Below, piece after piece: positions 17,460 through 26,006 of a stretch of DNA of 64,000 nucleotides. Made by a program: the position numbers and the translations under genes. The notes beneath the pieces were generated by a model that saw nothing but the letters and a program-made list of their open reading frames with translations, made no database searches and was not told where the DNA came from. Location of the stretch: NCBI GenBank assembly GCA_021772465.1, contig JAJFLX010000017.1, positions 204,588 through 268,587 on the forward strand, in the 5' to 3' direction. The number at the start of each line of letters is the position of its first letter. The first letter of the stretch is position 1. Origin of the DNA: Chlamydiota bacterium (GTDB lineage Bacteria > Chlamydiota > Chlamydiia > Chlamydiales > JAAKFR01).

Positions 17460-18860
17460 TTATGCCGATTTGGCAAAAAACTGAATCGGATCGAGCTTGG
17501 GTTCAAAAGCAACCTCAAGACAGTGATCTGTAAAGACGAAATCTCGACCCATAATCATAGGGTGAATCGCTTCAAAGGTATTTTCTTTCACAGGGCGAAG
17601 CGGAACTTGCAGACGGTAGTAGTTCGCCATAAGGGTGTCCTCAACGAGCTCAATAGAAATCGTCCCATAACCTGGGTGGGTATAACTTCCCACATAGTCC
17701 TTAAGAGGACGATCTATTGCCCCCCGCTCTTTAGGCTTTTGACTCGCCTGCCACCTTTGATACACTTCATAATGCAACATGATCCAATCGACATCATCGT
17801 GTCCTAGGTACTTGTCTATCAAGGTGTAAGCAAGAGCTGTTGTGAGAAGAGGGCCCGAGTGATCGGTATTGCTCAAGATGACAATCCCAAGCTGCTCTTC
17901 AGGAAGCATGCCTAAATAGCTACTGCACCCCTTGAATCGACCCCCATGGGAGATTAGCTCTTGACCTCGGTATTTTTCGATATACCAGCCAAGCCCATAC
18001 CCCTCTACTTCTCGAACTCCAGCTGTCGGGACATAGGGAGCTCTTCTGAGATTGGTCACTTCGACTTTTGGAGCAGGCTTTGAGAGCTTGAACTGAAGCC
18101 AAGAGACGCAATCGTTGAGAGAGGCATTAATTGAACCTGCAGCCCCCACAATCGAGAGGTCAAGAGGAGGGAGCTCGATCAGCTGATTCGCGTAGCGGTC
18201 GTAGAGGGTCGCATAGTTTCCCGACTCGCACGCTGTTTGAACGGAAAACCCACTCGACTGCATACCTAAGGGTTCAAAAATTCGTTCTTGAATCGTTTGT
18301 TCCCAAGACTTTCCCGTCACGCGCTCGAGAGCCACCCCTGCGAGGGCATACATCAAATTGTTGTACTGAAAACTCTCTCGGAGTTTGCAGATCGGCTCAA
18401 GGTGTTGGAGCGAGCCTAACAGCCCGCTCTTGACAAAGTCCGAGCTCATGCTCCCCTCTGGTGTCTTGAACCAGATAGCGTCGTGCTTGGGAAGCCCTGT
18501 TTGGTGAGTGAGCAAATCACGAAGAGTCGCTCTTTTCGTGCATCGCTTATCCCACAATCGAAACTCAGGAAGGTAGTGAATGACACGTTCATCGAGACGC
18601 AGTTTTCCCTCAAAGGCAAGCTCTTCTATCACATGCGAGGTCATCGCTTTTGTGAGTGAGGCAATGGGGAAAATCGTATCGGGAGTGACGGGAAGTTGAT
18701 TTTCTATGTTGCGTAGCCCATGCCCTTGGAGGTAGACCACCTCTCCTTTGTGAACAACAGCTATGGCCACTCCAGGGACTTGAAATCGATCGAGCTCTTT
18801 TTCAAAAGCAGAGGCGCGGATCAAAAAAAGAACAAAAAATAGGGATAACAAGAGTCTCAT
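17460..18860 (-). CDS. Secreted serine hydrolase, beta-lactamase class C/PBP family with C-terminal DUF3471-like domain
   Basis: Signal peptide; SxxK (ASLTK), LLTHQTG, YNN, HGG; YVGSY.HPGYG tail. Confidence 0.9.
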   Translation of the reverse strand: MRLLLSLFFVLFLIRASAFEKELDRFQVPGVAIAVVHKGEVVYLQGHGLRNIENQLPVTPDTIFPIASLTKAMTSHVIEELAFEGKLRLDERVIHYLPEFRLWDKRCTKRATLRDLLTHQTGLPKHDAIWFKTPEGSMSSDFVKSGLLGSLQHLEPICKLRESFQYNNLMYALAGVALERVTGKSWEQTIQERIFEPLGMQSSGFSVQTACESGNYATLYDRYANQLIELPPLDLSIVGAAGSINASLNDCVSWLQFKLSKPAPKVEVTNLRRAPYVPTAGVREVEGYGLGWYIEKYRGQELISHGGRFKGCSSYLGMLPEEQLGIVILSNTDHSGPLLTTALAYTLIDKYLGHDDVDWIMLHYEVYQRWQASQKPKERGAIDRPLKDYVGSYTHPGYGTISIELVEDTLMANYYRLQVPLRPVKENTFEAIHPMIMGRDFVFTDHCLEVAFEPKLDPIQFFAKSA

Positions 18861-18918
18861 AGGCGAAAGATCATAGCAAATTTGAGAAAAAATTAGAAGT
18901 TGTGATTTACTCCCCGGC

Positions 18919-19893
18919 ATGAAGGAAACTTTTTTTGAGCGAAAAATTAAGCCTCTAGCTGAAAGCATGGATGACTCTCCAAGAAAGTTGCGAAGAGGCT
19001 TCAAGTTGCTTGGAAAACAGAGTTGGCTTGCACAGCGGATTCCCAAGAATTTTGGGGGGTTGGAGGCAAACGCTAGGGATTATTTTGAATATACTGAGCT
19101 TGTGCAGTCTTACTCAGGGGCTCTTGGTTTTTTTCAAAGACAGCACCAAGCAGCAGGCCGGTTTCTTTGCCAATCTGAAAATGCTGCGTTGAAGGAGGCA
19201 ACACTTTGCCAACTCCCTCGTGGAAAATGGTCGTGCGGCGTGAGTCTCTCTCATTTGCGCATGCCTCATGCCCCTTGTATTCTCGCATCCCGTCGCCTAG
19301 GGGGGTGGAATCTAAGTGGGCAAGTCTCTTGGGTGAGTGGCTACAAGCTCTTTGATTCTCTTGTCGTAGGTTTTTTCTGTCCAAGTGAAGGGCTCGAGGG
19401 GATGGGGCTTCTCCGCTTCAAAAAATCTCGTTCTTTGCACTTTTCAAAGCCGCTCAAAACCGTGGCCATGCGTTCTATCCAAACCGTATCGATGAGATTG
19501 AAAGACTTTTTTTTGGAAGAAAAAGACCTTCTCTCGCTCATGCCAATTGGCCATTTTGCCGAAACTTATTCGGCCTTAAATATTCAATTTGTAAATCTCA
19601 GCGCCCTGGCACGGGCTTTTTTGCGCGGCGTAGAAGCCCCCCGGCTCGAGCAAGACTACCTCCGCTGTCGCCAAACCTTTCTCAAAGAGGGGTGCGATGC
19701 AACCCTCTATGGTGAGATGGCCAGAATTGCCACACTTCTGAGCCTTGTGGAGAAATACCATTCGGGGATTCAATCCGTGATCGCACCCAATCCAGTCGAA
19801 AGACGGGCGCGGGAGCTGCTCCTCTTCTCTTTGATTCTCCCCGAGAAAAGGCTTCTCGACCAGTCATTGAAGCGAATAGTGGGAATAGAGTAG
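18919..19893 (+). CDS. Acyl-CoA dehydrogenase-like flavoprotein (divergent, compact)
   Basis: IPKNFGG, SGALGFFQ.QHQ, GVSLSHLR, GW.LSG.VSWVSG, C-terminal P..RR.RE..LF. Confidence 0.7.
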   Translation: MKETFFERKIKPLAESMDDSPRKLRRGFKLLGKQSWLAQRIPKNFGGLEANARDYFEYTELVQSYSGALGFFQRQHQAAGRFLCQSENAALKEATLCQLPRGKWSCGVSLSHLRMPHAPCILASRRLGGWNLSGQVSWVSGYKLFDSLVVGFFCPSEGLEGMGLLRFKKSRSLHFSKPLKTVAMRSIQTVSMRLKDFFLEEKDLLSLMPIGHFAETYSALNIQFVNLSALARAFLRGVEAPRLEQDYLRCRQTFLKEGCDATLYGEMARIATLLSLVEKYHSGIQSVIAPNPVERRARELLLFSLILPEKRLLDQSLKRIVGIE

Positions 19894-19931
19894 TATCTCC
19901 TCAGGTCGTTTGATTTAAGGAGAAGTAGTCT

Positions 19932-20777
19932 ATGCAAAAGCATCTCATGGCTTTAGGTTTTGCATTATTTTCAACACTCTTGGCTGGAGGATGGGAGAGT
20001 CGCGAGCTGGTCCAGATCTATTTTCACAATTCGGAGATTCAGTCGCAGTGGGCGTGGTCGACATTTGCTCACTACAGGCTTCGAGGGGATGAGGAGGTGC
20101 TTCAGATAGGCTCGGGAGATGGAAAGATCTCTGCAGCCCTGGCCAACCTCCTTCCAGAAGGGAGCGTGACTGGGTTGGATACGAGCAAAGAGATGATCCG
20201 TTTTTCGAAGCGGATGTTTCACAAGTCGAACCTCACTTTTTTGCAAGTCGAGGATGCGAACTACTTCGATTGTGCTCTTGGAAAAACTTTTGATCTTGTC
20301 ACCGCATTTTCCAGCCTACACACCTTGACTACCCCCTCGCACGCCCTGCACGCCATTCATGCTCATATGAAACCAGGGGCGGCTCTTCTTATTACGCTTC
20401 CCTTAAAACTAAATCCCTTTTTTACAAGGGCTTTGAGTAAAGAGTGTACAGAGCGGCAGTGGGCTCTCCCTTTTCCTTCCCAAGAGATGGTTAAGCTTAG
20501 ATCCGCAGATGGGGTAAAACATCTGCTAGAAACTGAAGGGTTTGCAATCGATTTTTTTGAAGTCGAAGAGACCTCTCTTCCCTTTAGCTCTCGAGAGGAG
20601 CTCGTCGCGTGGTGTGAGGGAACTTTTGGGAGCCTGTGGGACATTCCAAATGAGGAGCGGCACGACTTTTTCGAAGAGGTGATAAACCTCTATATAGAAT
20701 ATTGTCCCTCCCGTGTAGATGAGGAAGGGTACATCTTTTTTCCACTCTCGCAGTTAAGTGTTGTGGCGCGCTCTTAA
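19932..20777 (+). CDS. Class I SAM-dependent methyltransferase with N-terminal signal peptide (paralog of 8112..9023)
   Basis: VLQIGSGDG, TGLDTS, FDLV motifs; hydrophobic leader MQKHLMALGFALFSTLLA; AAGGAG RBS. Confidence 0.88.
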   Translation: MQKHLMALGFALFSTLLAGGWESRELVQIYFHNSEIQSQWAWSTFAHYRLRGDEEVLQIGSGDGKISAALANLLPEGSVTGLDTSKEMIRFSKRMFHKSNLTFLQVEDANYFDCALGKTFDLVTAFSSLHTLTTPSHALHAIHAHMKPGAALLITLPLKLNPFFTRALSKECTERQWALPFPSQEMVKLRSADGVKHLLETEGFAIDFFEVEETSLPFSSREELVAWCEGTFGSLWDIPNEERHDFFEEVINLYIEYCPSRVDEEGYIFFPLSQLSVVARS

Positions 20778-20832
20778 TGTTTCCACAATAATTCGGTTTG
20801 AAATTTTTGTGAAAAAGTGATACTCCTTTTCC

Positions 20833-21834
20833 ATGGAACCATTTCAAGCAAAATTCATTAATGAGCAGAAACTTCCTTTGCTCATTGAACCGACTCAAGA
20901 ACTTACTTTCGAAAAGTTTCTCAATCTGTTGAAAGAGAAAAAGCACTTTTTTGAAAGCAAAATGCTGAATTTTGGGGGGCTTTTATTTCGAGGCTTCCCT
21001 GTATCTGGGGCAGAGGCTTTTAATCAAGTAGTAGAAGCGCTCGATCTTGGAAAACCTGTAAATTACGTCGGGGGAGATACACCCCGCGATAAAGTTCGAA
21101 ATCAGGTCTACACCTCGACAGAAGCGCCTCCTAATTTCATGATTCCACTCCACAATGAAATGAGTTTCATCAACAACTATCCGAAACATATCTATTTCTA
21201 CTGTGACCACCCACCTGCAAAAGGGGGAGAGACTACGATAGCCGATGCGCGTAGGATCTATGAGCGGATCGGAGTAGATGTAAAAGAACGGTTTGTTAAG
21301 CGTGAACTCAAATACGTCTCGAATTTCTATGGCAGGAGTTGGTTGCTCAATCTCATCAATAAGTACCAGAGAGCGCACAAAACGTGGATGGATGCATTTG
21401 AAACAGATGATCGGGAAGAGGTGAGCAAACGATGCGAATCCAATGAATTCGGCTACAAATGGAATAAAGGCGATTGGCTTCAAGTCATCTACAATCGCCC
21501 TTCGGTGATTGCCCATCCAAAAACGGGTGAGCGCGTCTGGTTCAATCAAGCGCATCTCTATGATTACAATCCTCGCTTACTTGGAAAGTTTAATTGGCTT
21601 GGAACCAAGCTGCTCTACATGAAAAAAGACACGATCTTGCATGAAATCTACCACAAAGATGATAAGAAAGTAGCACGTAACGATATCTACCATGTCATGG
21701 ATGTGCTTGAGGACGAGACTATTAAGTTTCCCTGGCAGAAAGGCGATGTGCTGGTGCTCGACAATGTGTTGGCCATGCATGGGCGGGCCCCTTTTTCAGG
21801 GAAGCGGCGCATTTTGGCCTCCTTGACGCGCTAA
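20833..21834 (+). CDS. TauD/TfdA-family Fe(II)/2-oxoglutarate dioxygenase (SyrP-like)
   Basis: G.LLFRGF, VYTSTE.P, HNE, GGET..AD, WFNQAH, W..GD....DN...MHGR. Confidence 0.93.
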   Translation: MEPFQAKFINEQKLPLLIEPTQELTFEKFLNLLKEKKHFFESKMLNFGGLLFRGFPVSGAEAFNQVVEALDLGKPVNYVGGDTPRDKVRNQVYTSTEAPPNFMIPLHNEMSFINNYPKHIYFYCDHPPAKGGETTIADARRIYERIGVDVKERFVKRELKYVSNFYGRSWLLNLINKYQRAHKTWMDAFETDDREEVSKRCESNEFGYKWNKGDWLQVIYNRPSVIAHPKTGERVWFNQAHLYDYNPRLLGKFNWLGTKLLYMKKDTILHEIYHKDDKKVARNDIYHVMDVLEDETIKFPWQKGDVLVLDNVLAMHGRAPFSGKRRILASLTR

Positions 21835-22968
21835 ATGGACGTACAACTTTTTGACCGAGACAACATTCATCAGCTTGTTTGGCCCGAAACGCAAGAGGCT
21901 CTGCAGGCAAGAAATATCTTACTCCCCATGATTCTTGAGGGGGTAGAGAGTTATATCCGCAACGTCGAAACCACCCTTTATCTTCTGAAAGTCAATGAGC
22001 AGATTATCCCCCTCACCTTAAATGAGCGTGAGTATGACAATTCGTATCTCACATCAAACTATTTCCCGATCAACTACCTTGAAGAGTTGCTGCAGCGGAA
22101 ATATCCCCGACTGCATTGGCTTCAAAAACCCCTTGTACATACCCTTGGACTGTTTTTAAAAGGGGTTAAGATCAACAAGGTGGCCATTGTCAACAATTGG
22201 CTTCTCACGACAAATATCTACCCTTCCTTGACACTAGAAGAGGTGAAAGCGCTCACTCATTTTGTAAAAAAACGTTTTCCCGACCATTTGATTCTTTTTC
22301 GTAGTCTTAACACTCGAAAATGCCAACAACTCGCATCTGATTTGGCAGGCGAGCAGTACAAAATGGTAGGCGCTCGCTCTGTTTTTATTTTCGACCCTGC
22401 AGAGCAGAGCTCTTTTCCGAAAAAAGCGCTCTACCACCACCGGCGCGATAAGCGTTTGATCGAAAAGGAAGGGTATGAGGTTGTCTATAATGAGCAACTC
22501 ACAGTAGATGAGCTAAAAGTTGCACTCAACCTCTATAGACGGGTCTATATCGGGCGCCACACAAAATATAGCCCTGAGTACACCCAGAGGTTTTTAGAGT
22601 GCGCTATGAAGACAAACTTCTTCGATTTGATAGGGGTCAAAAAAGGGGGAGAGTTACTCGGAGTGATGGGATGCACCGAAAGAAATGGCACCCTGATCGT
22701 CCCCTTCTTTGGATTTGATCGGGAGAAGGGGGGACCGAATCATATCTACCGGATCCTCACTAATTTAGCGATTGATGAAGCGATGAAACGAGGGGTCGTT
22801 CTCAATGACGGTTCAGGAGGAGATAAAGCGAAGCGCGAACGTGGGATGCGAGCTTTTCCCGAATATGTCGCTCTCTACTCGGCTCACCTTCCCCTCTATA
22901 GGCGAATTTTTTGGTCGCTTGCTGATCGAGCTCGAAAAATTAGTCCTTCTCAATCGTACCGCACATAA
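21835..22968 (+). CDS. Putative GNAT/FemAB-like acyltransferase
   Basis: VNNWLL.TN.YP, FP.H...FRSLN, LY...YI..H.KYSP.YT, L..PFFG.D, G....KR.RG pattern. Confidence 0.65.
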   Translation: MDVQLFDRDNIHQLVWPETQEALQARNILLPMILEGVESYIRNVETTLYLLKVNEQIIPLTLNEREYDNSYLTSNYFPINYLEELLQRKYPRLHWLQKPLVHTLGLFLKGVKINKVAIVNNWLLTTNIYPSLTLEEVKALTHFVKKRFPDHLILFRSLNTRKCQQLASDLAGEQYKMVGARSVFIFDPAEQSSFPKKALYHHRRDKRLIEKEGYEVVYNEQLTVDELKVALNLYRRVYIGRHTKYSPEYTQRFLECAMKTNFFDLIGVKKGGELLGVMGCTERNGTLIVPFFGFDREKGGPNHIYRILTNLAIDEAMKRGVVLNDGSGGDKAKRERGMRAFPEYVALYSAHLPLYRRIFWSLADRARKISPSQSYRT

Positions 22969-24037
22969 AGCGGTAGACAAAGCAACAATCTTCTTTCTCG
23001 AGCTGCTTTTCAAGTTCAGTATCACGAACAAAGTGGGGAGTCAATTCATCAGGTATGGCGTAGTTTGAGAGGAATTGTCGAATGCAAAAACGAGCTCCAG
23101 GTTTTGCCGCTTTGAAGATCCCCCGGATGACACGCTCATAATCCTCTCTCTCGAGATAGGAGGCAACATCGGAACAAGAGAAACAGTCGAACGTATTTTC
23201 AGAGCTCTTTTCGAGGAAGGGGACGATGCCGGTTGTCTCAAATGAGCTCTTGTCGAGTTGCGCCTTGATGGACGAATAATTATCTGCATTAAGATAGGGG
23301 GGGAAGTGATCTTCATCGACCTTACCTCTCAAGATCATGGAGAGAAGAGTGCTCTCTTTTGCAAGAGAGTGTTCTAGAAAATCATTCAGCCTGTCATGGA
23401 TGTGTAGACCGATATGCATCTTCTGGTCGACATGCTCATATAGACCTGGATCGTTGAAAAAAACCTTGGTGAAAGTGGGGTGGAGTGCCACTTCGAAGGT
23501 TTTTTTCCAAAGCGGGGTTTGCCATGCGCTTTTTACGAATTCTCTCTGAGACTCAAGATCGTTAAACGAAAATAGTTTATCGATTTTTTGCCCGCGAAAA
23601 GGACGCAACAAGTAGGCCAACCGCTTGAGCCAGGTTTCAACCGATCCCTGGTAAATCACACCCCTCTCGATCTTTCGCTTGTGCTTCTCCCATATGATGG
23701 AAGAGGGAGCTGAGAGTGTTTTTTGAAGCTCATAATAGGTTTTGAGCCTATTTTTAGCCGGTCTTAGGCCCATAAACTCGAGGTAGTCTTCGTAGTCCAG
23801 ATGCTCTATAGCAGCTTTTTTGAGTTCAAAAAGAGCATTCTGCATCGGATTTGCATCGATCGTGATAAGAGATTCTAACTCGGCATCTAAGAGGTTGAGA
23901 GGGCGGTCTCCGCTAGCTGTAATTGAAAAAACCTGGTCATCAGGTTGGATTTTAAGTGCTTTGTGCTCTGTTCTCCAATCTTCGTTGCCAATGCTGTAGC
24001 TCAGTCTAGAAAAAAAATTAGTCATATTCTCTCTCAA
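22940..24037 (-). CDS. DUF3419 / BtaA-like SAM:3-amino-3-carboxypropyl transferase
   Basis: YS.GNED...E..AL, ITASGD..LN.L, ID.NP.Q..L.ELK, SDVASY, KPGAR. Confidence 0.85.
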   Translation of the reverse strand: MRENMTNFFSRLSYSIGNEDWRTEHKALKIQPDDQVFSITASGDRPLNLLDAELESLITIDANPMQNALFELKKAAIEHLDYEDYLEFMGLRPAKNRLKTYYELQKTLSAPSSIIWEKHKRKIERGVIYQGSVETWLKRLAYLLRPFRGQKIDKLFSFNDLESQREFVKSAWQTPLWKKTFEVALHPTFTKVFFNDPGLYEHVDQKMHIGLHIHDRLNDFLEHSLAKESTLLSMILRGKVDEDHFPPYLNADNYSSIKAQLDKSSFETTGIVPFLEKSSENTFDCFSCSDVASYLEREDYERVIRGIFKAAKPGARFCIRQFLSNYAIPDELTPHFVRDTELEKQLEKEDCCFVYRFMCGTIEKD

Positions 24038-24798
24038 TAGCAGTACTGTAGCGAGATTCGTCCACCCACCAAGTAAAACTTCGTGTCTTTGTAGTTGAAC
24101 GGATATCCCTGCCGGCCTCCAAAATGTCTAAACTCATAAAAGGGCATCAGTTGAAACTGAATTCCGAACAATGTGTTACACGGAGCATATGTGAAAGGCA
24201 CTTCGAAACGGTATTGTAGCTCATTTTCGACCATTAAGTCGATAGCTTCATATCCTGGGTCATTTGATACCTGAGACCGTCCATCCAGCATGAATCTCGC
24301 TTTGAAATTTATTCCCATACTTAGCAGAGACGTGAAATTCACTCCAGATAAAAAACCAACAACGACATAATCAAAAGTCTCTGTAAATTTGCAAGGGAGA
24401 GGGGAGGGGAGGTTGAAATCGTTAATCTGCTCAAAATATCCCCAGCCAGCAAACGGAGTGATAAAGCTGCACTGAGGATCAAAGGGGTGGCTCAGTGTAT
24501 ACCCAAACCGGACCTCTGCAAGAACATCTTGCACTTGTGAAACAAGCCGCTCCCCACGTCCAGTTTTACCTGTGAGTCTCCCTCTGGCTCGAAGATACTC
24601 TGCCCCCGCATACCAGCTGCAAGGGGTGATGCGCTCGAGCTGCAGGTGCACTCCATCTACTTGGCCACTTTGGCGTGTACCTCCTTCACGTAATCGCCTC
24701 ATATAGTAGCTCTCTCCCCCTAATGAGAACTGCAATGAAGCAGAGCCAGAAGAGCAAAAGCCTAGGAAGAGCAAAAGGAAAATCAAGCGGCATTTCAT
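24034..24798 (-). CDS. Outer-membrane beta-barrel protein
   Basis: Signal peptide, alternating aromatic beta strands, terminal aromatic residue (ISLQYCY). Confidence 0.7.
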   Translation of the reverse strand: MKCRLIFLLLFLGFCSSGSASLQFSLGGESYYMRRLREGGTRQSGQVDGVHLQLERITPCSWYAGAEYLRARGRLTGKTGRGERLVSQVQDVLAEVRFGYTLSHPFDPQCSFITPFAGWGYFEQINDFNLPSPLPCKFTETFDYVVVGFLSGVNFTSLLSMGINFKARFMLDGRSQVSNDPGYEAIDLMVENELQYRFEVPFTYAPCNTLFGIQFQLMPFYEFRHFGGRQGYPFNYKDTKFYLVGGRISLQYCY

Positions 24799-24909
24799 TA
24801 GATCCGCAGTTTAAGGTTGGGAGCAAAAAAATACACCTTGTGATTTTTTTTTTGAGACTTTATCTTCGCTTGTGTCCCCTTCTTCTCGAAACCGAATGTG
24901 GAGGAATGT

Positions 24910-25611
24910 ATGAAGCAGAGATGGTTTTTAGTAGTCCTAGCAGTGGTGTTAGCCCCTTTAAGTTATGGAAGCGAGATGCTTATCACTACCTACGATGGGC
25001 GTACTTTTGTCTTTGATGTAGACCCCGAAGAGAGCATAGGCGCTTTGCAAGATAGAATAGGCGCTCTAGAAGAGATGGATTCTGAGAGTTATGTCGTAGA
25101 AGCAGCTCCAAGACTCGGAGCGATGTCTATAGCGGCGAACGGGGGGCAAGGGAAAGAACTGGGATATCCAAGAGATTACTGCTCTGAGGTTACCTATGAA
25201 GAGATGGTCGATATTCGTTATATTGTCACATCGCTTGCAAACAAGCCCCTTTTGAGCATTGCGTTGATAAAGAGCGATCTCGAAGCTGCAGGCGATCGCA
25301 TCGATCACCTCCACCCGCTTAGGTTTTTGATGACAGTGTTTACAGATGAAGAGCTCAAGGTGGGCATCCGCAATATCCGAGGAAGAGGGTGGGTCTGGAA
25401 ACACTTTGTAGGAGGACTCAAAAATTGTATGAGCACTGAGAGTAGGATTGGCAACATGTGTGATGAGCACATCATCCATTTCTCTGATGTCGTTCAAGTT
25501 GATCCTGAAAATGCTTTAGAACTCGTTTCAACCCATCAGTGGGATGCTTTTATTGAATACTTGATTCGCGCCGTTCCTCGCGATGGAGATCATGACCGCT
25601 ACGACTCTTGA
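24910..25611 (+). CDS. Secreted hypothetical protein (ubiquitin-like N-segment plus chlamydial HPLRFL-type helical domain)
   Basis: GGAGG RBS; signal peptide; I.YIV..LA, GD.IDH.HPLRFL, W..F..G motifs. Confidence 0.75.
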   Translation: MKQRWFLVVLAVVLAPLSYGSEMLITTYDGRTFVFDVDPEESIGALQDRIGALEEMDSESYVVEAAPRLGAMSIAANGGQGKELGYPRDYCSEVTYEEMVDIRYIVTSLANKPLLSIALIKSDLEAAGDRIDHLHPLRFLMTVFTDEELKVGIRNIRGRGWVWKHFVGGLKNCMSTESRIGNMCDEHIIHFSDVVQVDPENALELVSTHQWDAFIEYLIRAVPRDGDHDRYDS

Positions 25612-25892
25612 GTGTTGCCAAACTTTCCTTTTACAGATTTTGCTATTCTGAGCGCCATGGGGCGCGTTCTGGGACAGAAGTAAAAGGCGCCGAGAAGACC
25701 CAAAGCTATCCATAGTTTTTTAGAGGGAAAGGGCGTCCCGTGCTTTTTTAACGCCATTGCAACGGTAAACATGAGAAGAGCTCCTATCCCATAGCAGACA
25801 AACCTAGCCACTTTAATATCGATCTCTCTTTCACCATCCTTTTCGTGTAGCTTAAGATGGAGGAAATTCACTCTTCCTGCTGCCTGGGTCAT
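25599..25892 (-). CDS. Small hypothetical membrane protein with two hydrophobic segments
   Basis: AAGGAG RBS; clean 97-aa ORF. Confidence 0.6.
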   Translation of the reverse strand: MTQAAGRVNFLHLKLHEKDGEREIDIKVARFVCYGIGALLMFTVAMALKKHGTPFPSKKLWIALGLLGAFYFCPRTRPMALRIAKSVKGKFGNTQES

Positions 25893-26006
25893 TACTAACT
25901 CCTTGATAAGAAACTGCTTCGATTTGCATAGAACATAATATTTGAATTGAGGAATAACAGAAAGTCTTTTATAATATTTAGGATTATATGGAGTGCGCTA
26001 TGAGGC

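Noticed and set aside
20983-21555. 190-aa antisense ORF in the TauD gene, and similar shadow ORFs in ftsK, pgm, clpC, dnaA and the 1339-aa gene
   Set aside because: Fully nested in well-supported genes, with no motifs or RBS; expected from codon bias
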